Source: Gammaproteobacteria bacterium (GTDB lineage Bacteria > Pseudomonadota > Gammaproteobacteria > JAHELT01). From it: 55,464 nt of DNA. The stretch lies in the NCBI GenBank assembly GCA_029861595.1, contig JAOTYY010000001.1, forward strand, positions 1-55,464. Direction: 5' to 3'. The notes under the pieces were generated by a model. It had not been told where the DNA came from. It searched no databases and saw nothing but the letters and a program-made list of their open reading frames with translations. Positions 10,201-18,384 of the stretch are shown here, piece after piece. Made by a program: the position numbers and the translations under genes. Positions within the stretch are counted from its first letter, which is position 1. Each line of letters begins with the position of its first letter.

Positions 10201-10354
10201 GGTGGATGGAAACATAGATGATGGGAATGGCGACGTCCGGGTCGGCTTCCTTGGGAATGTTTATGTAGGCGACGGTGCCGGCGACCAGGACCAGGGCCAG
10301 GACCAACATGACGGGACGGGAACGCGCAAGGGCGGCGTCGATGATCGCATTCAT
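7244..10354 (-). CDS. RND efflux transporter permease (AcrB/HAE-type)
   Basis: 1036 aa, 12-TM architecture with two large periplasmic loops and a typical N-terminus (IIDAALARSRPVMLVLALVLVAGTVAY). Overlaps the upstream adaptor gene by 4 nt. Confidence 0.9.
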   Translation of the reverse strand: MNAIIDAALARSRPVMLVLALVLVAGTVAYINIPKEADPDVAIPIIYVSIHHEGISSEDAERLLIRPMENELRSIEGLKELRAHAAEGNASLVLEFEAGFDSDEALDDVRERVDIAKPELPPDSDEPSVNEINVALFPVLVVTLSGDVPERELVTRARDLRDKLESLPGILEVDIAGDREDLMEVIIDPVRVENQNQAPEDLYQFVARNNELVAAGALDTGSGRFAVKVPGLFENAEDVLGLPIKVSGDTVLTFSDVATVHRKFKDPTGYARVNGRPAVTLEVSKRIGTNIIDTLAQVRAVVDAEQATWPAAIRVNYSQDKSEDVRTLLRDLQNNVLAAVLLVMIVVIAALGLRTAGLVGVAIPGSFLAGILVLASAGLTVNIVVLFSLIMAVGMLVDGAIVVVELADRKMAEGLSRHDAYAVAAKRMAWPITAATATTLAVFMPLLFWPGIVGEFMKYLPITLIATLTASLLMALIFVPTLGSLIGRRAADSARHDAALVAAESGDLDSLRGFTGAYLEVLRLALRHPGKVVLLAALILGGVYGVYAKFGYGVEFFPDVEPENAVLNVRARGDLAVAERDALVREVEARILDMHEFATIYARSGTEFQADVSEDVIGIIQLEFVDWQQRRPAREILAEVRERTRDLAGLIIETRQQEAGPPVGKPVQIELSSRYPQVLPEAVRRVRHGLQSVDGLIDITDSRSIPGIEWQIEVDRAEASRFGADIMTVGSAVQLVTNGIRIGAYRPADTDEEVEIRVRYPLGERSIEQLDRLRVPTSRGTTPISNFVTRHAVRRTGTINRSDGRRVLKVEADVREGVLPDDKVAEVRAWLEDAGLDQRVDVAFKGEDKEQREAEAFLVKAFGVALFVMTIILVTQFNSFYQALLILSSVVFSTVGVLLGLLVTGQPFGIVMSGVGVIALAGIVVNNNIVLIDTFNLQQRKGMGTVEAVLRTGALRLRPVLLTTVTTILGLLPMVLALNIDLIGRELTFGAPASQWWTQLATAVAGGLAFATLLTLILTPCLLVLGGRWSPRASET

Positions 10355-11502
10355 GGCGTAGCCAGTGAGTCAGGCGCCCTGTCCGCCGCCGCGACTTCGC
10401 CTTCGGGTACCGCGTTCACACGTTCGCCATCGTGCACAAATCCCTGACCGACGGTAATGATGCGGACATCGTTCGGGATACCGGTTACCCACAAGCCATC
10501 AGCCGTGGCACGTACAATGCGGATCGATTGAAATTGCACGACATTCTGTGAATTCACGGCCATGATGCCGAGTTCGTCGGCTTCGTTGAGTGATAACAAA
10601 GCCGGCGAGACATGGTAGGCAGTGACGCTGCCCAAGGGGATGTGGATCTCCGCCGAAACGCCGGACAACAAAGCGCCTATGGGATTGGGCACTGCCATTT
10701 CGATGCGGAAAGTGCGCGTAGCCGGATCCGCTTCCGAGGCGATGTAACGAACCTCGCCTTCCACGCGCTGCCCCGTGACCAGCTTCGCGGTTCCCCGATC
10801 GCCAAGCACCAGACGACGTACTTCCTGCTGTGTCACAGTACCTGTGAGCAACATCGGATCCTGATCGAGGATACGCGCCACCTTGTCGCCCACTGCGACA
10901 AAAGTGCCGAACTCCACCGGTCGTTCGACGAGGACACCATCGAAAGGCGCATACAGTTTGGTGTCGTCGATCTCCTGCTGAATGCGCTTGACCAGCGAGC
11001 GCGCCGCGGCCAGGTTCGTTTGCGCGCCGGCCAGGTGAATTTCGGATTGAAATTTCTGACTGAGCAGGCGCTCCGCACCCTTGAACTCGAGTTCGCGCTG
11101 TGCCACCAGGGCACGGGCTTCCTCGAGACGTGCGCGCCGGTCGCGCATATCGAGACGGGCTATGACATCGCCTTCTTTGACTTCGGCGCCCCGTTCTGCG
11201 CCCAGGGTAATAACACGACCGCCGGTCTCCGCACGCAGCGTTACCGCCCGGGCCGGCTCGGTGCGTCCACTGAAAACGATCTCCCGGCTGATGCGACGGG
11301 GTTCGGGCGACCTGACCCGTACGGTTACCAGGAGTTCGCGGAGTTCCTCAACCGCAGTTGTTGAGCCGGTTCGGGAGTCATCGGCGCCAAACTGACCGGA
11401 CAGCAGCCATACCGTAAGCGCCACGATCAGGCCCATTGCTATCAACAGCGATTGTTTGGTTGCGAGAAAAGATTTCATTGTCTGATGCAGAGTAGAGAAC
11501 AC
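10351..11502 (-). CDS. RND efflux periplasmic adaptor (membrane fusion protein)
   Basis: 383 aa from the GTG at 11502. An ATG at 11478 (MKSFLATKQSLLIAMGLIVAL) is an equally plausible start. Single N-terminal TM, coiled-coil region (RARLEEARALVAQRELEF) and beta-barrel region typical of the HlyD/AcrA family. Confidence 0.85.
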   Translation of the reverse strand: MFSTLHQTMKSFLATKQSLLIAMGLIVALTVWLLSGQFGADDSRTGSTTAVEELRELLVTVRVRSPEPRRISREIVFSGRTEPARAVTLRAETGGRVITLGAERGAEVKEGDVIARLDMRDRRARLEEARALVAQRELEFKGAERLLSQKFQSEIHLAGAQTNLAAARSLVKRIQQEIDDTKLYAPFDGVLVERPVEFGTFVAVGDKVARILDQDPMLLTGTVTQQEVRRLVLGDRGTAKLVTGQRVEGEVRYIASEADPATRTFRIEMAVPNPIGALLSGVSAEIHIPLGSVTAYHVSPALLSLNEADELGIMAVNSQNVVQFQSIRIVRATADGLWVTGIPNDVRIITVGQGFVHDGERVNAVPEGEVAAADRAPDSLATP

Positions 11503-11560
11503 CCAACGTCAACGACACTATCAGCACGGTCAACGTATACGTGGGTCCACAGGCCGTGTA

Positions 11561-11574
11561 TTGATCGGCATCAA
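11561..11574. promoter_or_regulatory. Perfect FNR/CRP-family box TTGAT-N4-ATCAA upstream of the RND operon
   Basis: TTGATCGGCATCAA matches the consensus halves 10/10. It is centred 65 nt (GTG start) or 89 nt (ATG start) upstream of the adaptor gene. TATACG (complement of 11534-11539) sits roughly where a -10 would be. Confidence 0.55.
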
Positions 11575-11630
11575 TAGTGGCAGCGGAAGTTCCGACACCG
11601 GACCCGCGCCTCCACAACCCCCATGTTTTG

Positions 11631-11644
11631 TTGATCTATATCAG
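11631..11644. promoter_or_regulatory. Weaker FNR-like box (9/10) facing the MacA-like operon
   Basis: TTGATCTATATCAG, about 100 nt upstream of the ATG at 11739. A single 9/10 match is expected by chance at this window size. Confidence 0.25.
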
Positions 11645-11738
11645 CGTCGCATCAGAGTCCCTGAGCAACGCTCCCATCGACTGGATACGATCGTATCGAG
11701 TTGCGGACGAACATCAATGGGCGGCGCAGGATGAGTTG

Positions 11739-12902
11739 ATGCCACACAAACGCCTCAAAGCTTTCGCATACCTGCTGGTGGTCGTGGCGATCATCACCGG
11801 GCTCGTGCTCTACAACGCCCGGCCTAAACCGGTAAAAGTTTCGGTCGAGACAGTCAGCTATGGCCTCGTGCAGGACACTGTTGCGAACACCCGCGCCGGT
11901 ACGATCAAAGCCTGTCGCCGTGCCGGTATTTCGCCATCGCTCGGCGGGCAGATTGCGAGCTTGCCGGTACAGGTCGGAGATACGGTAGAGCCTGGACAGG
12001 TGCTGATGGAACTCTGGAATGAGGACCGCAGTGCAGAGGTGATGCTGGCAACCCGGGAGGCGCGAGCGGGAAACGCACTCGCGCAACAGGCTTGTGTGGT
12101 GGCCGAGGTCGCGGAGAGAGAGGCGCAGCGCATGCGCGAACTGCGCAAGAAACGACTAGCGTCCGAAGAAGCGATCGATCGTGCCGACGGCGACGCCCGC
12201 GCACAGGCTGCCGCCTGTAATGCGGCGCAGGCCAAAGCCGAGGTTAATCAGGCGCGCGTGGAAGTCGTCAAGGCCTTGCTCGATCAAACGCGCCTCACCG
12301 CACCATTCGCAGGGATCGTGGCGGAAATAAACGGCGAAGTCGGCGAGTTCGTCACACCCTCCCCCATTGGCGTACCGACACCCCCAGCCGTGGATTTGGT
12401 CGACATCACTTGTCTTTATGTATCCGCTCCCATAGATGAAGTCGATGCGCCGGCAATCCGCGTAGGCATGACCGCCAGGATTTCCCTCGATGCTTTTTCC
12501 ACTAAGGCATTCGACGGCAAGGTGCGGCGCGTAGCGCCTTATGTGCTGGATCTGGAAAAACAGGCGCGAACCGTGGACGTGGAAGTGGAGTTCATCGATT
12601 CGGCCGACAGCAACAACATGCTGCCCGGCTACAGCGCAGACATCGAAGTCATTCTCGCGGAACAGATTTCCGCTCTGCGCATACCGACCGAAGCCATCCT
12701 CGAAGGCAACAGGGTACTGGTTGTCGACGAGAACGACCTGCTCGAAGAACGCACCATCAAAACCGGTTTGCAGAATTGGCAGTTCAGCGAGGTACTCGAC
12801 GGTTTAAGCGCAGAAGAAGAAGTGGTGCTGTCAGTAGACCGGGACGGCGTCGAGGCCGGAGCATTGGTGGAGATCGAATCATCTGCTGACAATAATGATT
12901 GA
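11739..12902 (+). CDS. Periplasmic adaptor (MacA-like membrane fusion protein) of an ABC efflux system
   Basis: The track ORF starts at 11577. I prefer the ATG at 11739 (MPHKRLKAFAYLLVVVAIITGL, single TM) with AGGA 8 nt upstream. Long coiled-coil (AREAQRMRELRKKRLASEEAIDRADGDARAQAAA) typical of the HlyD/MacA family. Confidence 0.85.
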   Translation: MPHKRLKAFAYLLVVVAIITGLVLYNARPKPVKVSVETVSYGLVQDTVANTRAGTIKACRRAGISPSLGGQIASLPVQVGDTVEPGQVLMELWNEDRSAEVMLATREARAGNALAQQACVVAEVAEREAQRMRELRKKRLASEEAIDRADGDARAQAAACNAAQAKAEVNQARVEVVKALLDQTRLTAPFAGIVAEINGEVGEFVTPSPIGVPTPPAVDLVDITCLYVSAPIDEVDAPAIRVGMTARISLDAFSTKAFDGKVRRVAPYVLDLEKQARTVDVEVEFIDSADSNNMLPGYSADIEVILAEQISALRIPTEAILEGNRVLVVDENDLLEERTIKTGLQNWQFSEVLDGLSAEEEVVLSVDRDGVEAGALVEIESSADNND

Positions 12903-13596
12903 TTTGCAACACATTCATCGGGATTTTCAAGTCGGCGATCAGATCGTTCACGCGCTGGACGACGTAAACCTGAACATCGCAAAAGGTGAGTACGTGTCGA
13001 CCATGGGCCCTTCCGGTTCCGGCAAGTCCACTCTGCTCAACCTGATCGGCTTGCTCGACCGCGCCACTGGCGGCAACTATCTGCTGAACGACGAAGACGT
13101 CACCACCTTAACCGATACGGAACAGGCCTCCACCCGCAACCGTCAGATTGGATTTGTTTTTCAGGCTTTCCATCTCGTGCCGCGCCTCACTGCTGCAGAG
13201 AATGTCGAGTTGCCCTTGATTCTCGCCGGCGTAGTCCCTGACCAGCGTAAGCAACGCGTGCGCGACGCTCTGGACGCACTGCAGCTCACCGACCGCGCGC
13301 ATCACAAACCTGATCAACTGTCCGGCGGACAACGCCAGCGGGTCGCCATCGCCCGTGCGACGGTGACCGAGCCCACAGTACTGTTAGCAGATGAGCCTAC
13401 CGGCAATCTCGATCACAAGTCCGGTCGCGATGTCGTAGACGTACTGGAATCACTCAATGCCCGCGGCATCACGCTGATTCTGGTCACCCACGATCCGGAA
13501 CTGGGAGAAAGAGCCCGCCGGCAGATAAAAATGCGGGACGGGCGGATCGAAACGGATACACTGGCCGCCCACGACGATGTACACACGAAGCAGTGA
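12895..13596 (+). CDS. ABC transporter ATP-binding protein (MacB/LolD/FtsE-type)
   Basis: 233 aa with Walker [10 protein letters not shown], signature LSGGQRQR and Walker B LLADEPT. Overlaps the adaptor gene by 8 nt. Confidence 0.92.
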   Translation: MIDLQHIHRDFQVGDQIVHALDDVNLNIAKGEYVSTMGPSGSGKSTLLNLIGLLDRATGGNYLLNDEDVTTLTDTEQASTRNRQIGFVFQAFHLVPRLTAAENVELPLILAGVVPDQRKQRVRDALDALQLTDRAHHKPDQLSGGQRQRVAIARATVTEPTVLLADEPTGNLDHKSGRDVVDVLESLNARGITLILVTHDPELGERARRQIKMRDGRIETDTLAAHDDVHTKQ

Positions 13597-14791
13597 CGTA
13601 TCGCGCTTCGCCTGGGGCGCTTTGCGAGGCTACCCCAGCCGCACGCTACTAATGCTCAGCGCCATGGGCATAGGTGTCGCGGCGGTAGTGGTGCTGACTT
13701 CGCTGGGGGAAGGTGCACGTGGTTACGTGACCGGTGAGTTCGCGTCTCTAGGCACCAATCTGGTTATCGTGATACCGGGGCGCTCGGAAACGGGCGGCTT
13801 CAATCCGGGCACTTTCGTGGGAGAAACCCCCCGTGATCTTACTTTGGACGATGCACGCGCTTTGCAGCGCAGTTACAGCGTCAGGCGAATCGCGCCGATC
13901 AACATCGGTTCTGCGATGGCGGCGTGGCAAGGTAAGCAACGCGAAGTACCCGTAATCGGGTCCAGCCACGAACTACTGGCGATCCGGCACTGGGAACTGG
14001 CGCAAGGACAATTTTTACCCCTCGCAGAGTTCGACCGGGCGACTCCCGTATGCGTTATCGGCAGCACGGTACGCGCCGAAATATTCGGCGCGCAGCGCGC
14101 CCTGGGCGAGTGGTTACGCATTGGTGACCGTCGCTTCCGCGTAGTCGGGATCATGGGATCGGAGGGCCGCTCAATAGGCGTCGACGTGCAGGATATCGTG
14201 ATCGTTCCGGTGGCTTCGGCGCAGCAGCTGTTCAACACGCCGTCGCTGTTTCGTATCCTGGTGGAAGCCAAGTCGCGAACGGCTGTAGAGCCCGCCAAGA
14301 GATTCGTCATCGACACCTTGCGCAATCGTCATCAGGGGGAGCAGGACGTTACGGTGATAACGCAGGATGCGGTGCTCGACACCTTCGATCGAATCCTTGG
14401 CGCGCTCACCTACGCGGTTGCGGGCATCGCTGCAATCAGCCTCGTCGTCGCCGGCATACTGATCATGAACGTAATGCTGGTGGCGGTATCGCAACGCACC
14501 GCCGAAATCGGTCTGCTCAAGGCGCTGGGCGCGGCGCCACGCCAGATCCTGATCCTGATCCTGGCCGAAGCCGCGTTGCTGTCATCGCTTGGTGCGCTGG
14601 CTGGGCTCATTCTCGGCCAGCTCGGAAGCCTGGGGATACGACGCGCGTTTCCAGTAATTCCGGCGTATGCGCCGGCTTGGGCTGTGGCGGCCGCATTACT
14701 GGTGGCTGTGGTGACCGGCCTGCTGTTCAGCCTGTTGCCGGCAAGACGCGCCGCGCGGCTCGATCCCGTGCTCGCCCTTTCGCGGCGGTAA
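13577..14791 (+). CDS. ABC transporter permease, FtsX/MacB-type (permease 1)
   Basis: 404 aa: N-terminal TM, large periplasmic domain, three C-terminal TMs, ending LPARRAARLDPVLAL, which is typical of FtsX-family permeases. Confidence 0.88.
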   Translation: MYTRSSDVSRFAWGALRGYPSRTLLMLSAMGIGVAAVVVLTSLGEGARGYVTGEFASLGTNLVIVIPGRSETGGFNPGTFVGETPRDLTLDDARALQRSYSVRRIAPINIGSAMAAWQGKQREVPVIGSSHELLAIRHWELAQGQFLPLAEFDRATPVCVIGSTVRAEIFGAQRALGEWLRIGDRRFRVVGIMGSEGRSIGVDVQDIVIVPVASAQQLFNTPSLFRILVEAKSRTAVEPAKRFVIDTLRNRHQGEQDVTVITQDAVLDTFDRILGALTYAVAGIAAISLVVAGILIMNVMLVAVSQRTAEIGLLKALGAAPRQILILILAEAALLSSLGALAGLILGQLGSLGIRRAFPVIPAYAPAWAVAAALLVAVVTGLLFSLLPARRAARLDPVLALSRR

Positions 14792-14956
14792 ACCCGCATG
14801 TTGCACGCTGCTTGCGTCCCCTTGCGGGAAAGGCGGTCACCGAGGCGAAAGATCGTGGGTCAAATCAATTCATTGGGATGTATTGGAGGTCAGAGGCTAG
14901 ATGACAACTTGTACCTATTCACTTTAAGAAGCGAATCCTTCGAGCAACATGCGGGT
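14792..14956. mobile_element. MITE-like 165-bp insertion with 13-bp perfect terminal inverted repeats and TAA flanks
   Basis: ACCCGCATGTTGC (14792-14804) pairs with GCAACATGCGGGT (14944-14956). TAA lies on both sides (14789-14791, which is the stop of permease 1, and 14957-14959). Removing the element plus one TAA leaves TAA-CA-ATG between the two permease genes. Confidence 0.45.
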
Positions 14957-14961
14957 TAACA

Positions 14962-16161
14962 ATGCTGCCGCGCGATTTCATATACCTGACCGGCTCATCT
15001 CTGAGATCGCATCGACTGCGAAGCTTTCTGACCGCCCTGGGTATTGCGGTGGGCATAGCCACCGTCGTGTTGCTGACTTCGATCGGTGAAGGCGTGCATA
15101 AATTCGTACTCGCAGAGTTCACCCAGTTCGGTACCACTCTGATCAAGATCAGCCCTGGCCGCACCACCACGCATGGCGGCAGCATGGGTGCATTCGGCAT
15201 CGAACGCCCGCTGACCATCGAAGACGCCGAAGCGCTCAGGCAGTTGCCCAATGTGCTCGCCGTCGTGCCTGTAGTTCAAGGCAATGCAGAAATCGAAGCC
15301 GCCAATCTGCGCCGACGGACCACGATCTACGGCGCCGGCTCACAGTGGCCTCGTGCTTTCAATATGCAAGTGAAAGTCGGGCGTTTTCTGCCCGCAGACG
15401 ATCCCACCGCACCGCGCGCATTGGCGGTGCTGGGCAGCAAGCTGCGAGAGGAGTTGTTTGGTAACAGCAACCCTCTCGGCCAGCGTATCGGTGTGGGCGG
15501 CAACCGCTACCGTATCGTCGGTGTCATGGAATCGAAAGGCACCGTGCTGGGTTTCGATCTCGATGACACCGTCTATATTCCAGCCGCGCGGGGCCTGGAG
15601 CTTTTCAATCGCAACTCATTGTTTGAAATTGACGTGCTGTATGCTGAAAACGCCAATCCAGGGAAGGTCGGCGACAACATCAAACGGGTTTTGATTGCGC
15701 GCCATGGGCGGGAAGATTTCACCATCACCACGCAACAGCAAATGCTGGAAGTACTGGGTTCGGTGCTCAACGTGCTCACCTTTGCCGTTGCCGCCATAGG
15801 CGGTATTTCCCTGCTCGTTGGCGCCATCGGTATCGCGACCATCATGACTATTTCCGTCAACCAGCGCATCGGTGAAATCGGCCTTATCCGCGCGTTGGGC
15901 GCACGCCAGCACCAGGTGCTCGGATTGTTCCTGGGTGAGGCGATGGTGCTAGCCGCCATCGGCGGCTTCAGTGGTCTGGTGGCCGGTGTGGGGCTGGCAG
16001 TATTAGTGCATTTTGCGTTTCCGGCATTGCCCATTCACACGCCCTGGATCTATGTCGTACTCGCCGAGCTGCTCGCGGTCGTGATCGGCCTCGCCGCCGG
16101 CGTGCTGCCTGCTCTACGTGCTGCACGGCTGGATCCTGTGGAAGCCTTGCGTGCGGAGTGA
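14962..16161 (+). CDS. ABC transporter permease, FtsX/MacB-type (permease 2, paralog of permease 1)
   Basis: 399 aa with the same architecture as the preceding permease and a C-terminal LPALRAARLDPVEALR. Confidence 0.88.
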   Translation: MLPRDFIYLTGSSLRSHRLRSFLTALGIAVGIATVVLLTSIGEGVHKFVLAEFTQFGTTLIKISPGRTTTHGGSMGAFGIERPLTIEDAEALRQLPNVLAVVPVVQGNAEIEAANLRRRTTIYGAGSQWPRAFNMQVKVGRFLPADDPTAPRALAVLGSKLREELFGNSNPLGQRIGVGGNRYRIVGVMESKGTVLGFDLDDTVYIPAARGLELFNRNSLFEIDVLYAENANPGKVGDNIKRVLIARHGREDFTITTQQQMLEVLGSVLNVLTFAVAAIGGISLLVGAIGIATIMTISVNQRIGEIGLIRALGARQHQVLGLFLGEAMVLAAIGGFSGLVAGVGLAVLVHFAFPALPIHTPWIYVVLAELLAVVIGLAAGVLPALRAARLDPVEALRAE

Positions 16162-16268
16162 CGGGATGCGGCTTTCGCAAAGTCGCGGCGAAGAACTGCT
16201 GTGTGAGCCTTTCTTTTTTTGTCATACCCTGTTGCAATTGGCTGTCGACCAGAAACGGATAGCACTTG

Positions 16269-17546
16269 ATGCCCAAACGATCTGAGTTCCTGCCAAGCCA
16301 GCGCTTGCGCGAGGTCAAATACGAAATCCGCGGAGAGCTTGCCAACCGTGCGCTGGAACTGGAACACCGCGGCTATGAAATCATTTCGCTCAACATCGGC
16401 AATCCCGGCGTGTTCGGGTTCCGCACACCGGAGACGATGCGCCTCGCGATGATCGAAAATCTTGGCCAGAGCGAGGCCTACTGCCACCAGAAAGGGGTGT
16501 TCCCGGCGCGCGAAGCAGTCGTCATGCGCCAGCAGAGCCGCGGCGTGATGGATGTGACCTCGGATCATGTATTCATCGGTAATGGCGTCAGCGAACTCAT
16601 CGATCTGGTGCTGCGTGCGTTGTTGAACCCGGGCGACGAGGTGCTGATTCCTAGCCCGGATTACCCGCTCTGGACCGCCTCGACCTTGCTCAACGGCGGC
16701 AAACCGGTGCACTACCCCTGCGCACCGGAAAACCTGTTTCAGCCCAACATTGACGCGCTGGCGTCACGCATTACGCCACACACGCGCGCGATCGTCGTCA
16801 TCAATCCGAACAATCCCACCGGCGCCGTCTACAGCGCGGACGTGCTGCGCGACATCGTCAGACTGGCCGAACAGCATGGTCTGATCATCCTGGCTGACGA
16901 GATCTACGATCAGATGTTGTTCGATGATGCCGAGTTCGTACCCATGGCAACGCTGGTCGAAGACACCTTGTGTGGTACTTTCAGCGGGCTGTCGAAAGTG
17001 TATCGGGCATCCGGCTACCGGGTTGGCTGGGTGTCGTTCAACGGTGCCCTGGACCGCAGCCACGATTATCTGCACGCACTGGAGCTGCTGGCCTCATTGC
17101 GCCTGTGCGCCAACGTGCCCGGTCAGTGGGCGGTACAGACCGCGCTGGGCGGTTACCAAAGCATCGCGGCATTGTGCCAGCCCGGCGGCCGGCTGTATGA
17201 ATCGAGGCAAACTATCATCGACGCCGTCGCGGCCAGTGAATTTCTGCACCTGCCGCACGCACCTATGGGAGCGATGTATGCTTTCGTCGGCGCAGACACC
17301 AAAGCCATCCCCGGTTTCGACGATCAAGCCTTCGCTTTGGAGTTGCTCGAATCGGAGCACGTATTGGTTGCCCCCGGCAGCAGCTTCAACGTGCCGTACC
17401 GCAATTGCTTTCGTATGACGACGTTGCCTGACAAGGACACCCTTGCCGAGGTATTCACCCGTATCAATCGCGTGCTGGCGCACCAGCAGAGCCGCCACCA
17501 GAAGCCCAGGCTCGAACTCGCCCCCGACGAGGTAAAAGGCGGTTGA
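16269..17546 (+). CDS. alaA: Class I/II pyridoxal-phosphate aminotransferase, AlaA-like (glutamate-pyruvate aminotransferase)
   Basis: The track starts at the TTG at 16266; an ATG follows at 16269. The N-terminus KYEIRGELANRALELEHRGYEIISLNIGNPGVFGF closely parallels the E. coli AlaA N-terminus as I remember it. PLP-lysine context SGLSKVYRASGYRVGW. Confidence 0.8.
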   Translation: MPKRSEFLPSQRLREVKYEIRGELANRALELEHRGYEIISLNIGNPGVFGFRTPETMRLAMIENLGQSEAYCHQKGVFPAREAVVMRQQSRGVMDVTSDHVFIGNGVSELIDLVLRALLNPGDEVLIPSPDYPLWTASTLLNGGKPVHYPCAPENLFQPNIDALASRITPHTRAIVVINPNNPTGAVYSADVLRDIVRLAEQHGLIILADEIYDQMLFDDAEFVPMATLVEDTLCGTFSGLSKVYRASGYRVGWVSFNGALDRSHDYLHALELLASLRLCANVPGQWAVQTALGGYQSIAALCQPGGRLYESRQTIIDAVAASEFLHLPHAPMGAMYAFVGADTKAIPGFDDQAFALELLESEHVLVAPGSSFNVPYRNCFRMTTLPDKDTLAEVFTRINRVLAHQQSRHQKPRLELAPDEVKGG

Positions 17547-17649
17547 CGTCCACTGGCGTTCGGATCGCTCGACACCGCGATTTCCGACGCACCACGCGTG
17601 AACACTAACCTCGTTTACACATCGATCGGAACTTCCTCTCCGCGGCGCG

Positions 17650-18165
17650 TCACTGTGAAGATTGTCCGGAGGCTCGTTGGTTCGCTTGCTTTATCTTCAG
17701 GCGCTCGACATGCACGATGAGTGTATCGACGGTTTCTTTCAGCAGGTCCAGCTCGTCGATCGTCAGTTCGTTCAACTGCTCGAGGTTGTACTCGATGGTG
17801 TCGATGATGCGCTTTCCCGGTCGCTGCATGGGGCGCATGAAATAAGTCGTTATGGTCGCCACGATCGTACCGAAGAACAGCATCGAGCCAACGACGATCC
17901 AGACCCCGCCAATGGCGAGTGCCAGCCCGGAGCGCGGCGTATCCGCGATCCCCGCCGTCGAGAAAGCAGCAACTCCCCAGTAGAGCGCGTCACCCAAACC
18001 GGTGATCGATGCACCCGGGACACCACGCTCCGCGAGGTATATCGCGGCGGCGGACACCAGCCACAGCGCGATCAGCAGCAACACCATCCGCACGAACGGT
18101 GTGTGGGCCCAGATATCCTTGACGAAGATCGAGAACCGCCTGTAGCGGCGAAGTCTGTGTACCAT
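17650..18165 (-). CDS. Two-TM pore-loop ion channel (K+-channel-like fold) with non-canonical filter and C-terminal coiled coil
   Basis: TM1 (VRMVLLLIALWLVSAAAIYLA), pore helix plus filter (ALYWGVAAFSTAGIADTP) and TM2 (LALAIGGVWIVVGSMLFFGTIVATI). I start it at the ATG at 18165 (MVHRLRRYRR); the track ORF extends to 18300. Confidence 0.7.
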   Translation of the reverse strand: MVHRLRRYRRFSIFVKDIWAHTPFVRMVLLLIALWLVSAAAIYLAERGVPGASITGLGDALYWGVAAFSTAGIADTPRSGLALAIGGVWIVVGSMLFFGTIVATITTYFMRPMQRPGKRIIDTIEYNLEQLNELTIDELDLLKETVDTLIVHVERLKIKQANQRASGQSSQ

Positions 18166-18384
18166 TCTGTTTTTCCGGACTGATCCCTTGACCTTGCAAA
18201 CCACAAGGCGGCTGGATTCGAGGGCATTGTTACCTTGACACATGATTGTGCCTTGCAGATGCTTGCCAGGGGAAGCCTGCAAACCCGGAACAATCTCCAT
18301 GCGCTATACGCGACACCGCACGTGTCGTGCAATACTGGACAAGCAGTCTGGTACAAGTCGTAACGCTTGCAATAGGGGGAACAC

